64,000 bases of DNA from an uncultured Clostridia bacterium (lineage in GTDB: Bacteria > Bacillota > Clostridia > TANB77 > CAG-465), in NCBI GenBank assembly GCA_944387385.1, contig CALXES010000001.1, forward strand, positions 86,641-150,640. Direction: 5' to 3'. Positions 1 through 9,704 of the stretch are shown one piece after another. Position 1 is the first letter of the stretch, and each line of letters begins with the position of its first letter. The notes below the pieces were generated by a model, which was not told where the DNA came from, made no database searches, and was given only the letters and a program-made list of their open reading frames with translations. The translations under genes were made by a program, and so were the position numbers.

Positions 1-53
1 TGAAATTTTGATAGTTTTATAGTATTATATATACGTTATAAAAAGGAGAAAAA

Positions 54-1136
54 ATGGAAAAAATAAATATTAATGAACTTACATTTGAAGAATTAGAACA
101 TTTTATAGAAGAACTTGGTGAAAAGAAATTTCATGCTCGTCAAATTTTTAAATGGATACATAGAGAAAAGGTTACAAGCTTTGATGAAATGACAGATATT
201 TCTAAAGCCTTAAGAGAAAAATTAAAAGAGAAAACTTATATATTGGAGCTAAAAGTAATAGAGTGTCAAAAATCTAAAAAAGATGGTACAATGAAATTTT
301 TAATTGAGTTACCAGATAATAATGCTATAGAGTCAGTATTAATGAAATATCATCATGGAAATACAATTTGTGTCTCAAGTGAAGTTGGATGTAAGATGGG
401 ATGTAAATTTTGTGCTTCTACAAAAGAAGGATTTGTAAGACCACTTCTTGCATCAGAAATAGAGGGACAACTACATACAGTGGAAAGGTATACAAATGAA
501 AAAATATCTAACATTGTTTATATGGGAATAGGAGAACCTTTAGATAATTATGATAATGTGGTTAAATCTATAAGAATTATTAACTACCCATTAGGTCTAA
601 ATATTGGTGCAAGACATATAAGTTTATCTACATGTGGTATAGTTCCAAATATATATCGTTTAGCTCAAGAGAATATACAATGCACTTTGTCTATATCACT
701 TCATGCTACAACAGATGAAAAAAGAAGAGAAACTATGCCAATTGCGAATAAATATACAATAAAAGAAATATTAGATGCTTGTAAAGAATATATTAAAATA
801 ACAGGAAGAAGGATTTCATTTGAATATGCTTTAATATATAATCAAAATGATTCAAAAGAAGATGCTTATGCACTGGCAAAGCTTTTAAGAGGAATGATAG
901 CTCACGTTAACTTAATACCAGTAAATGAGATAAAAAATGGAGTATATAAAAAAGCACCTGAAAAGAGAATAGAAGATTTTATGAATACGTTAAACTCATG
1001 TGGAGTTGTTACAACTGTAAGACGTGAACTTGGGTCAGATATTGATGCTGCCTGTGGGCAACTTCGAAAGAAATATATAGATAAAACAGATGAATTTTCG
1101 GACAAAAAATATAAAGAAAAGGATAATAATAAATAA
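54..1136 (+). CDS. rlmN: 23S rRNA/tRNA adenine-C2 methyltransferase RlmN (radical SAM)
   Basis: 360-aa track ORF. Has the radical-SAM motif CKMGCKFC, GIGEPL and a C-terminal CGQL typical of RlmN/Cfr. GGAG RBS upstream. Sits upstream of stp-prkC as in most Firmicutes. Confidence 0.93.
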   Translation: MEKININELTFEELEHFIEELGEKKFHARQIFKWIHREKVTSFDEMTDISKALREKLKEKTYILELKVIECQKSKKDGTMKFLIELPDNNAIESVLMKYHHGNTICVSSEVGCKMGCKFCASTKEGFVRPLLASEIEGQLHTVERYTNEKISNIVYMGIGEPLDNYDNVVKSIRIINYPLGLNIGARHISLSTCGIVPNIYRLAQENIQCTLSISLHATTDEKRRETMPIANKYTIKEILDACKEYIKITGRRISFEYALIYNQNDSKEDAYALAKLLRGMIAHVNLIPVNEIKNGVYKKAPEKRIEDFMNTLNSCGVVTTVRRELGSDIDAACGQLRKKYIDKTDEFSDKKYKEKDNNK

Positions 1137-1191
1137 ATGCTTGAAAAAAGTTTTATTTCTCTGTTATAATATGAAAATAAGAGGTGGAATA

Positions 1192-1929
1192 ATGAGATAT
1201 ACAGCTAGAACAGATGTTGGACAGAAAAGAGAAAATAATGAAGATAATTTATACGCAAGAATATATGATGAAGATACGGCATTATTTGTTGTTGCTGACG
1301 GACTCGGCGGATATTCTAGTGGTGAGGTTGCAAGTAAGGTTGCTGTAAATAATATAAGGGACAATTTTGAGGTTAACTTAGATAAATTAAAAAAATCTGA
1401 TGAACATGATATTAAGCAATTTTTTAAGCAACTTATTCAGATTACTAATCAGAAGATATATAGTATGCAAATGGCAAATTCTAAATATAGGGGAATGGGT
1501 ACTACAATAGTACTTGTAGGTAAAGTAAATGGAAAAATTTATTATGAATCAGTTGGAGACAGCAGATTATATTATATTGATGAGAATAAACAAATTATTG
1601 AGCAGATTACATCTGATGATACATATGTAAACGAATTATTAAAGAAGAAGTTAATAAAAAAGAGTGAAGCGGATACTCATCCTCAAAAGCATGTATTAAC
1701 AAAGGCGTTAGGAATTTTTAATAAATTAGATGTTCAAGTAGATATATTAATTAAAGATAAAGGATTTCTTATTTTATGCTCAGATGGACTAACTAATATG
1801 CTTACAAATGAGGATATTTTACAAACAGTTAATCAAGCTAATTTTTTAATTTTATCTGATGTGTTTATAGATAAAGCAAATAGAAATGGTGGTACGGATA
1901 ATATAACTGTAATTGTTGTAGAAATATAA
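1192..1929 (+). CDS. stp: PP2C-family Ser/Thr protein phosphatase (Stp/PrpC)
   Basis: Track ORF 1090-1929 trimmed to the ATG at 1192, which has a GAGGTGG RBS upstream. PP2C motifs RTDVGQKRENNED, VADGLGG and GGTDNITV. Immediately precedes prkC. Confidence 0.92.
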   Translation: MRYTARTDVGQKRENNEDNLYARIYDEDTALFVVADGLGGYSSGEVASKVAVNNIRDNFEVNLDKLKKSDEHDIKQFFKQLIQITNQKIYSMQMANSKYRGMGTTIVLVGKVNGKIYYESVGDSRLYYIDENKQIIEQITSDDTYVNELLKKKLIKKSEADTHPQKHVLTKALGIFNKLDVQVDILIKDKGFLILCSDGLTNMLTNEDILQTVNQANFLILSDVFIDKANRNGGTDNITVIVVEI

Positions 1930-1942
1930 AGGGGAGACATTT

Positions 1943-3925
1943 ATGGAATTAATAGGTAAAATTCTTGCTGGTAGATATGAAATTATCGAAAAGGTAGGAG
2001 AAGGTGGCATGGCTTATGTGTATAAGGCCAGAGATAATTTATTAAATAGATATGTAGCAGTAAAAATTTTAAAAGAAGAGTTTTCTAAAGATGAGGTTTT
2101 TGTTAAAAGATTTAGAACTGAGGCTCAAAGTGCTGCTTCTCTTATTCATCCAAATATAGTTTCTGTATTTGATGTAGGAGAAGATAAGGGAGTTAGTTAT
2201 ATAGTGATGGAACTACTTGAGAGTAAGACATTAAAGGATTATATAGAAGCTAAAGGTCCACTTTCAAGTGAACTAACTTTAAAGATTGCAACTCAAATAG
2301 CTTCTGCGCTTGAAGCTGCACATAAAGCACATATCGTTCATAGAGATATAAAACCACAAAATATCATTTTAAATCAAAACTTAGTTGCTAAAGTTACAGA
2401 TTTTGGTATTGCAAAAGTTACAAATACTAGCTCTGCAACAATAACTAGTTTTGGAAAGACAATGGGATCTGTACATTATTTTTCACCAGAGCATGCAAAG
2501 GGAGGATATACTGATGCAAAATCAGACTTATATTCTTTAGGGGTAGTAATGTATGAAATGGCAACAGGAAAATTACCGTTTGATGCAGAATCTGCTGTAT
2601 CTGTTGCATTAAAACATATTCAAGAAGATCCAGTAGAGCCAATAAAAGTAAATCCAAATGTTAGCAAGCCATTAAATGAGATAATATTAAAAGCAATGGA
2701 GAAATCTACAGCCAAAAGATATCAAACAGCTACTGAAATGCTAACAGATATTTCTATAGCCTTATCTAAGCCAACAAATAGTTTAGTATCAAGGCCAGCA
2801 AGCTCAATAGAAGCTGGAGATACTCAAGTAATTCCTGTGTTAAACGATGTACCAGAAGAGAATGTGGTACCAAATGTTAGAACTAGACAAACAACTGGAA
2901 GAACAGCATATACTCCCGCTCATTCAAGAGAAGCTAAAGTTGTAGATGAAGAGAAGAAACAAGATAATTTAGAAGATGTAAAAAAAGCTAAAAAGAAAAA
3001 GATGATTATGATTTTTTCTATTGTCGCTGTTGTAGTGATAATCGTTGGAATATTATTTGGATATTTTATAAAAAAAATAATTGGAAATGGAGCAGAAGAA
3101 GAAGTTGAAATACCATATGTTATCGGTAGAAATATAGATGAAGTTATAGAACAGTATGAAAAACTCGGATATACAATTAATCAAACTAAGACAGATTATA
3201 GTTCAGAATATGATGAAGGAGAGATAATGTCGCAAGATCCGGAAGCTGGAACAAAAACTACAAATAAAACCATAAATGTTGAGGTAAGTAGAGGAACTAG
3301 AATGGTTGCAGTTACAAACGTTGAAGGAAAAGATATAAAAGTAGCTAGATATGAGCTTGAAAATACACTTGGTTTTGTAGTTGAAGAAGTAGAACAGACT
3401 TCTGATACAGTAGCTGCAGGCCTTGTTATTTCTCAAGACTATAAAGATGTAGAAAGACCATATGGTAGTGTAATTAAACTTACAGTAAGCTCTGGAGATG
3501 GAAAAGAGCAAATTGTAGTACCTAGTGTTATTGGAATGTCGGAACAAGAAGCAAGGTCTACCTTAGAAGATAAGAAACTAAAAGTTGAAGTTGAATATGG
3601 AGAGGATGAGAGTAAATCTAATGGAACAGTACTTGCTCAATCATATCCACAAAATTCAGTCTTAAAAGAAGGAGACTTAATTACTATTACAGTTAATAGA
3701 AGAATAGTAAATAAGACAGTTACCGTAAATGGAATACCTGAGGGAACTGCTCAAAGTGATATTACAGTTAGAGTTAGTGTAGATGGTGGAGCATTAAATA
3801 ATACAACATTTACTTATGATGAAGAAAATCACTCAATATCGTTTACAATTAATGGATATGAAAAACTAACATATAACATTTTAGTAAATGATTCTTTAAT
3901 AAAAAGTGGAGAAGAAAACTTTTAA
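1943..3925 (+). CDS. prkC: Ser/Thr protein kinase PrkC with PASTA repeats
   Basis: 660 aa. Hanks kinase motifs GEGGMAYVY, HRDIKPQN, DFGIA and SPE. One TM segment (IFSIVAVVVIIVGILFGYFI), then three PASTA-like repeats and a C-terminal beta-rich domain. Confidence 0.95.
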   Translation: MELIGKILAGRYEIIEKVGEGGMAYVYKARDNLLNRYVAVKILKEEFSKDEVFVKRFRTEAQSAASLIHPNIVSVFDVGEDKGVSYIVMELLESKTLKDYIEAKGPLSSELTLKIATQIASALEAAHKAHIVHRDIKPQNIILNQNLVAKVTDFGIAKVTNTSSATITSFGKTMGSVHYFSPEHAKGGYTDAKSDLYSLGVVMYEMATGKLPFDAESAVSVALKHIQEDPVEPIKVNPNVSKPLNEIILKAMEKSTAKRYQTATEMLTDISIALSKPTNSLVSRPASSIEAGDTQVIPVLNDVPEENVVPNVRTRQTTGRTAYTPAHSREAKVVDEEKKQDNLEDVKKAKKKKMIMIFSIVAVVVIIVGILFGYFIKKIIGNGAEEEVEIPYVIGRNIDEVIEQYEKLGYTINQTKTDYSSEYDEGEIMSQDPEAGTKTTNKTINVEVSRGTRMVAVTNVEGKDIKVARYELENTLGFVVEEVEQTSDTVAAGLVISQDYKDVERPYGSVIKLTVSSGDGKEQIVVPSVIGMSEQEARSTLEDKKLKVEVEYGEDESKSNGTVLAQSYPQNSVLKEGDLITITVNRRIVNKTVTVNGIPEGTAQSDITVRVSVDGGALNNTTFTYDEENHSISFTINGYEKLTYNILVNDSLIKSGEENF

Positions 3926-3927
3926 GA

Positions 3928-3957
3928 AAAAAGTGCAATTGATTTGCACTTTTTTTG
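3928..3957 (+). terminator. Rho-independent terminator after prkC
   Basis: Stem AAAAGTGCAA / TTGCACTTTT, loop TTGAT, followed by a T-run. Confidence 0.8.
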
Positions 3958-3966
3958 TCGTTTTGG

Positions 3967-3995
3967 TTGCAAATGACTTGCATATATGTTACAAT
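3967..3995 (+). promoter_or_regulatory. Sigma-A-like promoter for the inserted cassette
   Basis: TTGCAA, 17-nt spacer, TACAAT. Lies about 140 nt upstream of the radical-SAM start. Confidence 0.45.
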
Positions 3996-4134
3996 CTGTC
4001 TTAACGAAAAAGGACATAATTTACGAGACTGATGTAAATGATAAGGCATAATAAATATTAGGCTATGTAGTAAACAATTACAATATTTTTGGCAATTTGT
4101 CCTAAAATATAATATAAAAAGGAGGAAGAGTTAG

Positions 4135-5239
4135 ATGTTAAATTATTTAAAATCTTCAATTTCTATTTCATCTTATGATGGATGTACTATTGGATGCAAA
4201 TATTGTATTTTAAGTGTACTTGGAAATAGGACAAAAGTAAGAAAAGTATCAGACGAAGAAGAACTTGTAAAACGGTCTTTTAAATTTTAGACTTTATACA
4301 GAAGAAATACCAATTTCTGTGAATAATCAAACGGATCCGTTTTTAAATAAAGTTGTTTATGAAAGTACTTTAAAAATCTTAAAATACATGAAAAAATATA
4401 ATATGAAAAATCCAGTATTACTTATTACAAAAGGATATATTAGTAAATCTCAGGTAGAAGAGTTAGCTAATTTAAATTTAGACTTAGTAATACTTTATAC
4501 ATTTTCTGGACTATCTGAAAAGCTAGAAAACCGATCTGAAAAAGAGCAGATAGAAACAATGAAAAATATATCACAAAACAAGAGTATAAAGCTTATTAAT
4601 TATTATAGGCCAGTAATTGAGGGGATAAATAGTAGTGAGGAATGTATTGAACATGTAGCAAAAATTGTTACAAAATATTGTAGTGCAAGTATTATCTCAG
4701 GAATAAGACTAAACACATATTTATGCAATGTATTAGATAAGCTAGATATATACATTCCAAAAGAGTATGATCCAGATCATAAGGTATTACTTCCAGAGAC
4801 TTTTAAAAGAATAAATGATGTCTTTGAAAAAGTAGCTATAAATTATCCTACATTTAAAAAGACATCTTGTGGCATAAGTTACATTTTAGGTAGACCAGAT
4901 TATAATGGTCATAGTGCAAGAATATACTATTGTAATCCTAACTGTAAGAGTTATAATATATGTATTGGAACTAGTAAAATTGGCTTTTGTAAACCTAATT
5001 GCCCTAATTTTAAAAGATGCAAAGAAGAAAGCGAAAAAAAAGTTACAAAAGAACAGTTTAGAGAGCTTTTAAAAAGAATAGATGCACCAGATGCAAAGTT
5101 TAGCATAGAGGAGCATTATATAAAACTTGAAGGAGAATATTGGCAAGAAGAAGTTTCGTACTTAAGACATGTGACAAAGAAAAATATAAAAGCAGATTCT
5201 CTAAAAAAAAGAGAAGATGAAAGATTAATTTCTATGTAA
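4135..5239 (+). pseudogene. Radical SAM protein (SplB/COG1533-like by motif context), disrupted by a +1 frameshift
   Basis: ATG 4135 with an AAGGAGG RBS opens a 51-codon frame carrying CxxxCxxC (CTIGCKYC) and stops at TAG 4288-4290. The +1 frame is open from 4271 and continues as track ORF 4319-5239 (ISVNNQTDPF...). Neither piece looks like a stand-alone gene. Confidence 0.8.
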
Positions 5240-5251
5240 GGAGGTATTTTT

Positions 5252-5923
5252 ATGATTGAATCTAAAGCTTGGAATTGGAATATGTTAAATGAGGAGACTC
5301 AAAAAGAAATTTGGCTTGAACCATCTATTGAATCATACTATTTAATTAATAGATGGATAAGACAAGGAAAAAAAGAATTTTTAGACATAGGATGTGGACT
5401 TGGAAGACATAGTATTCAGTTTGCAAAGGAAGGATTTAATGTTACTTCTATAGACTTATCCCAAGATGCAATAAATAGTGCTAAAGAATGGGCAAAGAGT
5501 GAAAAATTAGATATTAAGTTTTTACATACTGATATGATGGATATTCCTTATAAGGATAATTCTTTTGATTGTATTTTATGTAGAAATGTTATATCACATA
5601 CTGATACTGAGGGTATAGAAATTATTATTAATAGAATATATAATTTACTTAAAATTAATGGAGAATGTTTCTTAACATTAGGATCAAAAAATGCTAGTAC
5701 TTATAAAGACCCTAAAAATATAATTGTTGATTCTAATACTAAATTAAGAATGGATGAAGGACCAGAAAAAGGTGTACCTCATTTTTATGCAGATATGGAA
5801 ATCATACCAAAGCTTTTTAAAAACTTTAAAATTGAGTATTTAGCACAAGCACAAGAATTCAAGGAGAAAAATGGAGAATTTAAAAGCTATTGGCATTACT
5901 ATTTACTAATAAGAAAAATATAG
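5252..5923 (+). CDS. Class I SAM-dependent methyltransferase
   Basis: 223 aa. SAM-binding motif I LDIGCGLGRH, an acidic residue after beta-2 (SIDLS) and a DCILC motif. GGAGG RBS. Starts 12 nt after the radical-SAM gene. Confidence 0.85.
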   Translation: MIESKAWNWNMLNEETQKEIWLEPSIESYYLINRWIRQGKKEFLDIGCGLGRHSIQFAKEGFNVTSIDLSQDAINSAKEWAKSEKLDIKFLHTDMMDIPYKDNSFDCILCRNVISHTDTEGIEIIINRIYNLLKINGECFLTLGSKNASTYKDPKNIIVDSNTKLRMDEGPEKGVPHFYADMEIIPKLFKNFKIEYLAQAQEFKEKNGEFKSYWHYYLLIRKI

Positions 5924-5943
5924 TAAAGGAGAAAAAATATATT

Positions 5944-6622
5944 ATGAATAATATGTTGGTTGTTATATCAGGTCCAAGTGGTGGTGGAAAAGGAACAATT
6001 ATTAATTCTTTACTAGAGAGAGATCCTGAAAATTATTTAAGAGTTTCTACTTATACGACAAGACCTAGAAGAAAAGATGAAGCATCGGATGGACAGTACC
6101 AATTTATTACTCAAGATTTTTTTAATAAGTTAGATTCACAAAATAAATTGATTGCAAAAAATTTAGTAGATGGATATTCTTATCGGGACTCCAATTATTG
6201 ATATGTCATGTTCTAATCTTCAAGATAAATATCTAATTATAGATATGGGAGTAAATGGAGCTAAAGAATTAAAGTCGAGATATAAAAATGCTATTTTTAT
6301 ATATATTATTCCACCCACTAAAGAAAGATTACTATCTCAGATGAAAGATAGAAATCCTAGTAGACTTTTAAGAAGTAAATCTCAGCTTCCTAATGCTTTT
6401 AAAGTGTGTAAATGGCTTGTAATAAATGATGACCCAAAGAATGCTGCTTTGCAAATTGAGAGGATAATGACTACATTAAAAACTTATAGTGGTAATTTAG
6501 ATAAAATTGATAGAGATACAATGGCGTTTTTGTATTCATGTAGTTTTTACAATCCTAAAAATAGAGAATTTTTGCAAGGATTTTATGGAGATGAGATTTC
6601 TCATGTAAAAGAAAGAGAATAA
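5944..6622 (+). pseudogene. Guanylate-kinase-like P-loop kinase, disrupted by a frameshift
   Basis: The first frame (5944-6201) has the P-loop GPSGGGKGT and TTRPRR...YQFI motifs and stops at TGA 6199-6201. The +1 frame (track ORF 6170-6622) continues GTPIID... The guanylate-kinase Y-G-T motif is split at an apparent extra C near 6184. Confidence 0.8.
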
Positions 6623-6646
6623 TTTAAAAAGGAGTGAGAAAATACT

Positions 6647-7234
6647 ATGAAAGAATTAAATAAATGGGTTGATGTTAGAAAAAAGCAGGTAAAAGAAGCG
6701 ACCAGTTTAGATATTACGATAGTAAAAAGTGAAGAATTAAACTCATACATTACCTTAAAGGAAGTGCACGAAGTTTTAAGACCTCATTTAATACCTGTAA
6801 ATGGTAGGTGGATAACAAAGCTAGATAAAAACTATACAGTGCTTGAGTATTCACCACTTGATAAACTATATAATGTCAGAGTGCATATTAATGATAAATT
6901 AGAGATATTAGAGTATTATTTTGATATTGTACTAGATCATGAAATACGAGAAATTGAAGGGGAGAAAATTCCTTTTTATAATGATTTGTATTTAGATGTA
7001 ATACTTTATCAAGCGAGTGCTACTAATAGTGCACCTTTTATATTACTTGATGATAGAGACGAACTAAAAGATGCTTTAAAAAAAGGAATTATTGATGAGG
7101 AAGAGTATAATCTTGCATTTTCTATTGCAAATCCTTTAATGACAGAGATTTTAGAAGGAAAAAATAAATTTATAAATAGAGGCTTAAAGGATTACTTTAA
7201 ATATAGAAAAAATATTATAGAAAGCTTAAAATAA
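6647..7234 (+). CDS. DUF402-family protein (nucleoside di/triphosphatase Ntdp/FomD-like)
   Basis: 195 aa. The pattern YNVRVHI...YYFDIVLD...DLYLDVILY...LLDDRDELKDALKKGIIDEEEY matches my memory of DUF402 proteins. GGAG RBS. Confidence 0.65.
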   Translation: MKELNKWVDVRKKQVKEATSLDITIVKSEELNSYITLKEVHEVLRPHLIPVNGRWITKLDKNYTVLEYSPLDKLYNVRVHINDKLEILEYYFDIVLDHEIREIEGEKIPFYNDLYLDVILYQASATNSAPFILLDDRDELKDALKKGIIDEEEYNLAFSIANPLMTEILEGKNKFINRGLKDYFKYRKNIIESLK

Positions 7235-7249
7235 AGCTTTCTTTTTTTT
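7220..7249 (+). terminator. Rho-independent terminator closing the cassette
   Basis: Stem GAAAGCTT / AAGCTTTC spans the stop codon, loop AAAATA, followed by T8. Confidence 0.65.
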
Positions 7250-7304
7250 CTTGAAAAAAAGAATAAATTATAGTAATATATAATAAGAAATGATAGGAGT
7301 GAAT

Positions 7305-8210
7305 ATGGATATAGTAGGAAAGATTATAAGAATAGATTTAGATATTTATGTAATAAATATAGAAAATTCAAGCAAAATTATTACTGCAAAAGCAAGAGGA
7401 AACGTAAAAAAGCAAGGTAATATATGTGTTGGAGATAAAGTAATTGTAAAAAAAGTTGATTTAGACTATATGATAGAATCTGTAATTGAGAGAAAAAATG
7501 TTTTAATTAGACCTCCAGTTAGTAATATTGATCAAATGATTATAGTTGTATCTATTGGAGCGCCGGTACCAGATTTTATCCTTTTAGATAAGCAGATTAC
7601 CTTATGCTTTGCTAAAAATATAATTCCAATAATATGTGTAAATAAGATTGACTTGGTAGATATAGATAAAAAAGCTAAAGAAGATTTAGAGTATATAAAA
7701 AATATTTATGGAAATCTTGGAATAGAAATTGTATATGTAAGTGCTAAAGAAGGTATTGGAATAGAAAATTTAAGAGAGCTACTTATAAAAAAGACTTCAG
7801 CTTTTTCAGGAAACTCAGGTGTTGGTAAATCATCAATTACAAAAGAGATTTTGCAAAAATCACCAGAAAGATTAGAAATTGGCAATATTGGATTAAAAAC
7901 AAAAAGGGGAAAACATACAACTAAATCTGTAAATTTATATACTATATCAGAAAATTCATATATTTTGGATACACCAGGATTTTCTAGTTATGAACTATAT
8001 GATATAGATCATAAAAAATTAAGAGAATACTATCCAGATTTTAAAAACTCTAAATGCACTTATGCAGATTGTGTTCATGTAATAGAAAGTGAAGAAGTAT
8101 GTGGAGTAAAAAGGGACGTATTAAATAACAAAATAGATAAAGGTAGATATGAAAGATATGTATATATATATAGTAAGTTAAAAGAAAAGTATGATAGAAG
8201 ATATAAATAA
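7305..8210 (+). CDS. rsgA: Ribosome small-subunit biogenesis GTPase RsgA
   Basis: Track ORF trimmed to ATG 7305 (AGGAGTG RBS). Circularly permuted GTPase motifs VNKIDL, GNSGVGKSS and DTPGF. C-terminal zinc cluster CTYADCVH...C. Confidence 0.93.
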   Translation: MDIVGKIIRIDLDIYVINIENSSKIITAKARGNVKKQGNICVGDKVIVKKVDLDYMIESVIERKNVLIRPPVSNIDQMIIVVSIGAPVPDFILLDKQITLCFAKNIIPIICVNKIDLVDIDKKAKEDLEYIKNIYGNLGIEIVYVSAKEGIGIENLRELLIKKTSAFSGNSGVGKSSITKEILQKSPERLEIGNIGLKTKRGKHTTKSVNLYTISENSYILDTPGFSSYELYDIDHKKLREYYPDFKNSKCTYADCVHVIESEEVCGVKRDVLNNKIDKGRYERYVYIYSKLKEKYDRRYK

Positions 8211-8211
8211 G

Positions 8212-8246
8212 ATACTAATAGAAATTTTTCTATTAGTATTTTTTTC
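8212..8246 (+). terminator. Rho-independent terminator after rsgA
   Basis: 10-bp stem ATACTAATAG / CTATTAGTAT followed by T7. Confidence 0.75.
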
Positions 8247-8322
8247 TTAATTTTTTTGTTTTATCTTGCAATATGCTAATAGTTATAGTAATATTAAAAT
8301 AGCGTTAAAAGGGGGGGAGAAT

Positions 8323-9690
8323 ATGAAAAACTTATCTATATCTCTTTTAAATGTTAAAGATATATCTAAATATTTAAATAAGCTAAAATATGTAGAAATG
8401 GCATTAAATAAGACAAAAATAGAAGAGCTTTTTAAAATAAGTATACATTTTGATGTTATGGATAATAAATTTGTACCAAATAATGGAATAGATATATCAA
8501 AAATAGAAGAAGTTAATAAATTTAATTATTATATAGATACACATCTTATGGTAGAAGATCCTATTTATGAAAAATATATAGATGATACTATAAAAAGAGG
8601 ATGTTTAGATATTACAATTCATTATGAAATTGAAAATTTTAAAGATGTATTAAATTATCTTTATGATAAAAAAAATAACTTAAATGGAAACTTAAAAATT
8701 GGAGTGGCATTAAAACCAGCTACAAATATATCTGTTTTAGAAGATTATATTGAAAAAATAGATAAAGTCTTAATAATGTCTGTAGAGCCGGGCTTTGGTG
8801 GACAAGAATTTATGCAGGAACAGATAGATAAAATAATTAAATTAAAAGAAAAATATAAAGATATTACTATTCAAGTAGATGGCGGAATAAATGAAAATAC
8901 TATTGCCCAAGTAATAAGGGCAGGTGCAGATAGCTTTGTAGTTGGAAGCTATCTTACAAAAAATGAAGATGAACTTAAAGATAAAATAGATATACTAAAT
9001 ATAATTTTAGATATTGAAACTACCCCTAAAGAGGCAGATCTAGATTTTGAAAAAAGGACAATTCAAGCTGTAGAGGGAGGATATGCACAAGGAGATATTT
9101 TGTTAGGAATTAGAGTCCCAAGACTTCGCAAACTTGCAAAATTGTGGTATAATATAGTTTCACTAAATACATTAAAATACTTTATTTCTTCTGATATTCA
9201 TGATTATAGAAGATTTGCTATTTTTTGTTTAGTAAATAAAGTAAATGCAAATAATAAAGATGAGATAATGAAGTTTATAGATGAAAATATTAAGTATATT
9301 AATAATTGGGATTTAGTAGATAGTGTTGCTCCAATATGTATAGGAAAGCAACTTGTTTTAAATGATGATGAATATATATATAATGTACTAAGAAATTATA
9401 CTGTCTCAGATAATGTATGGAAAAAGAGAATGGGTATTGTATCATTGTTATCTTTGGCTAAATTAAATAGAAAAGAATGCGTTTTTAAGGTATTAGATGA
9501 TGTTTTTTTTGATGAATATCATTTATATCAAAAAGCGACAGGATGGGTATTAAGAGAGCTTTATAAAGTAAATCCCAAAGAAACACTTATGTATTTAGTT
9601 AATAAATCTAAAATAGGTAAAATACCAAGTATTTTAAAATCTTATGCTACAGAAAAAATGAGCATTCAAGAGAAGAGTTTATTAAAGTAA
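8323..9690 (+). CDS. rpe: Fusion protein: ribulose-phosphate 3-epimerase (N-terminal) + AlkD-family HEAT-repeat DNA alkylation-repair glycosylase-like domain (C-terminal)
   Basis: ATG 8323 after a GGGGGGAG RBS. The N-terminal ~225 aa carry HFDVMDNKFVPN, THLMV, MSVEPGFGGQEF and VDGGIN (Rpe). The C-terminal ~220 aa carry NNWDLVDSVAPICIG, SDNVWKKRMGIV and QKATGWVLRELYKVNP, which parallel the B. cereus AlkD motifs SWWDSVDSIVPTFLG, SDNIWLQRAAIL and QKAIGWVLREYAKTNP. Confidence 0.85.
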   Translation: MKNLSISLLNVKDISKYLNKLKYVEMALNKTKIEELFKISIHFDVMDNKFVPNNGIDISKIEEVNKFNYYIDTHLMVEDPIYEKYIDDTIKRGCLDITIHYEIENFKDVLNYLYDKKNNLNGNLKIGVALKPATNISVLEDYIEKIDKVLIMSVEPGFGGQEFMQEQIDKIIKLKEKYKDITIQVDGGINENTIAQVIRAGADSFVVGSYLTKNEDELKDKIDILNIILDIETTPKEADLDFEKRTIQAVEGGYAQGDILLGIRVPRLRKLAKLWYNIVSLNTLKYFISSDIHDYRRFAIFCLVNKVNANNKDEIMKFIDENIKYINNWDLVDSVAPICIGKQLVLNDDEYIYNVLRNYTVSDNVWKKRMGIVSLLSLAKLNRKECVFKVLDDVFFDEYHLYQKATGWVLRELYKVNPKETLMYLVNKSKIGKIPSILKSYATEKMSIQEKSLLK

Positions 9691-9704
9691 GGAGAGATTA
9701 GGTT

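Noticed and set aside
3926-7304. Whether the prkC-rsgA insert is a mobile element or genomic island with defined ends.
   Set aside because: No integrase, transposase or recombinase gene is present, and no flanking direct or inverted repeats could be found by eye. The composition looks like the surrounding DNA. It is reported only as an insertion relative to conserved synteny, not as a mobile element.
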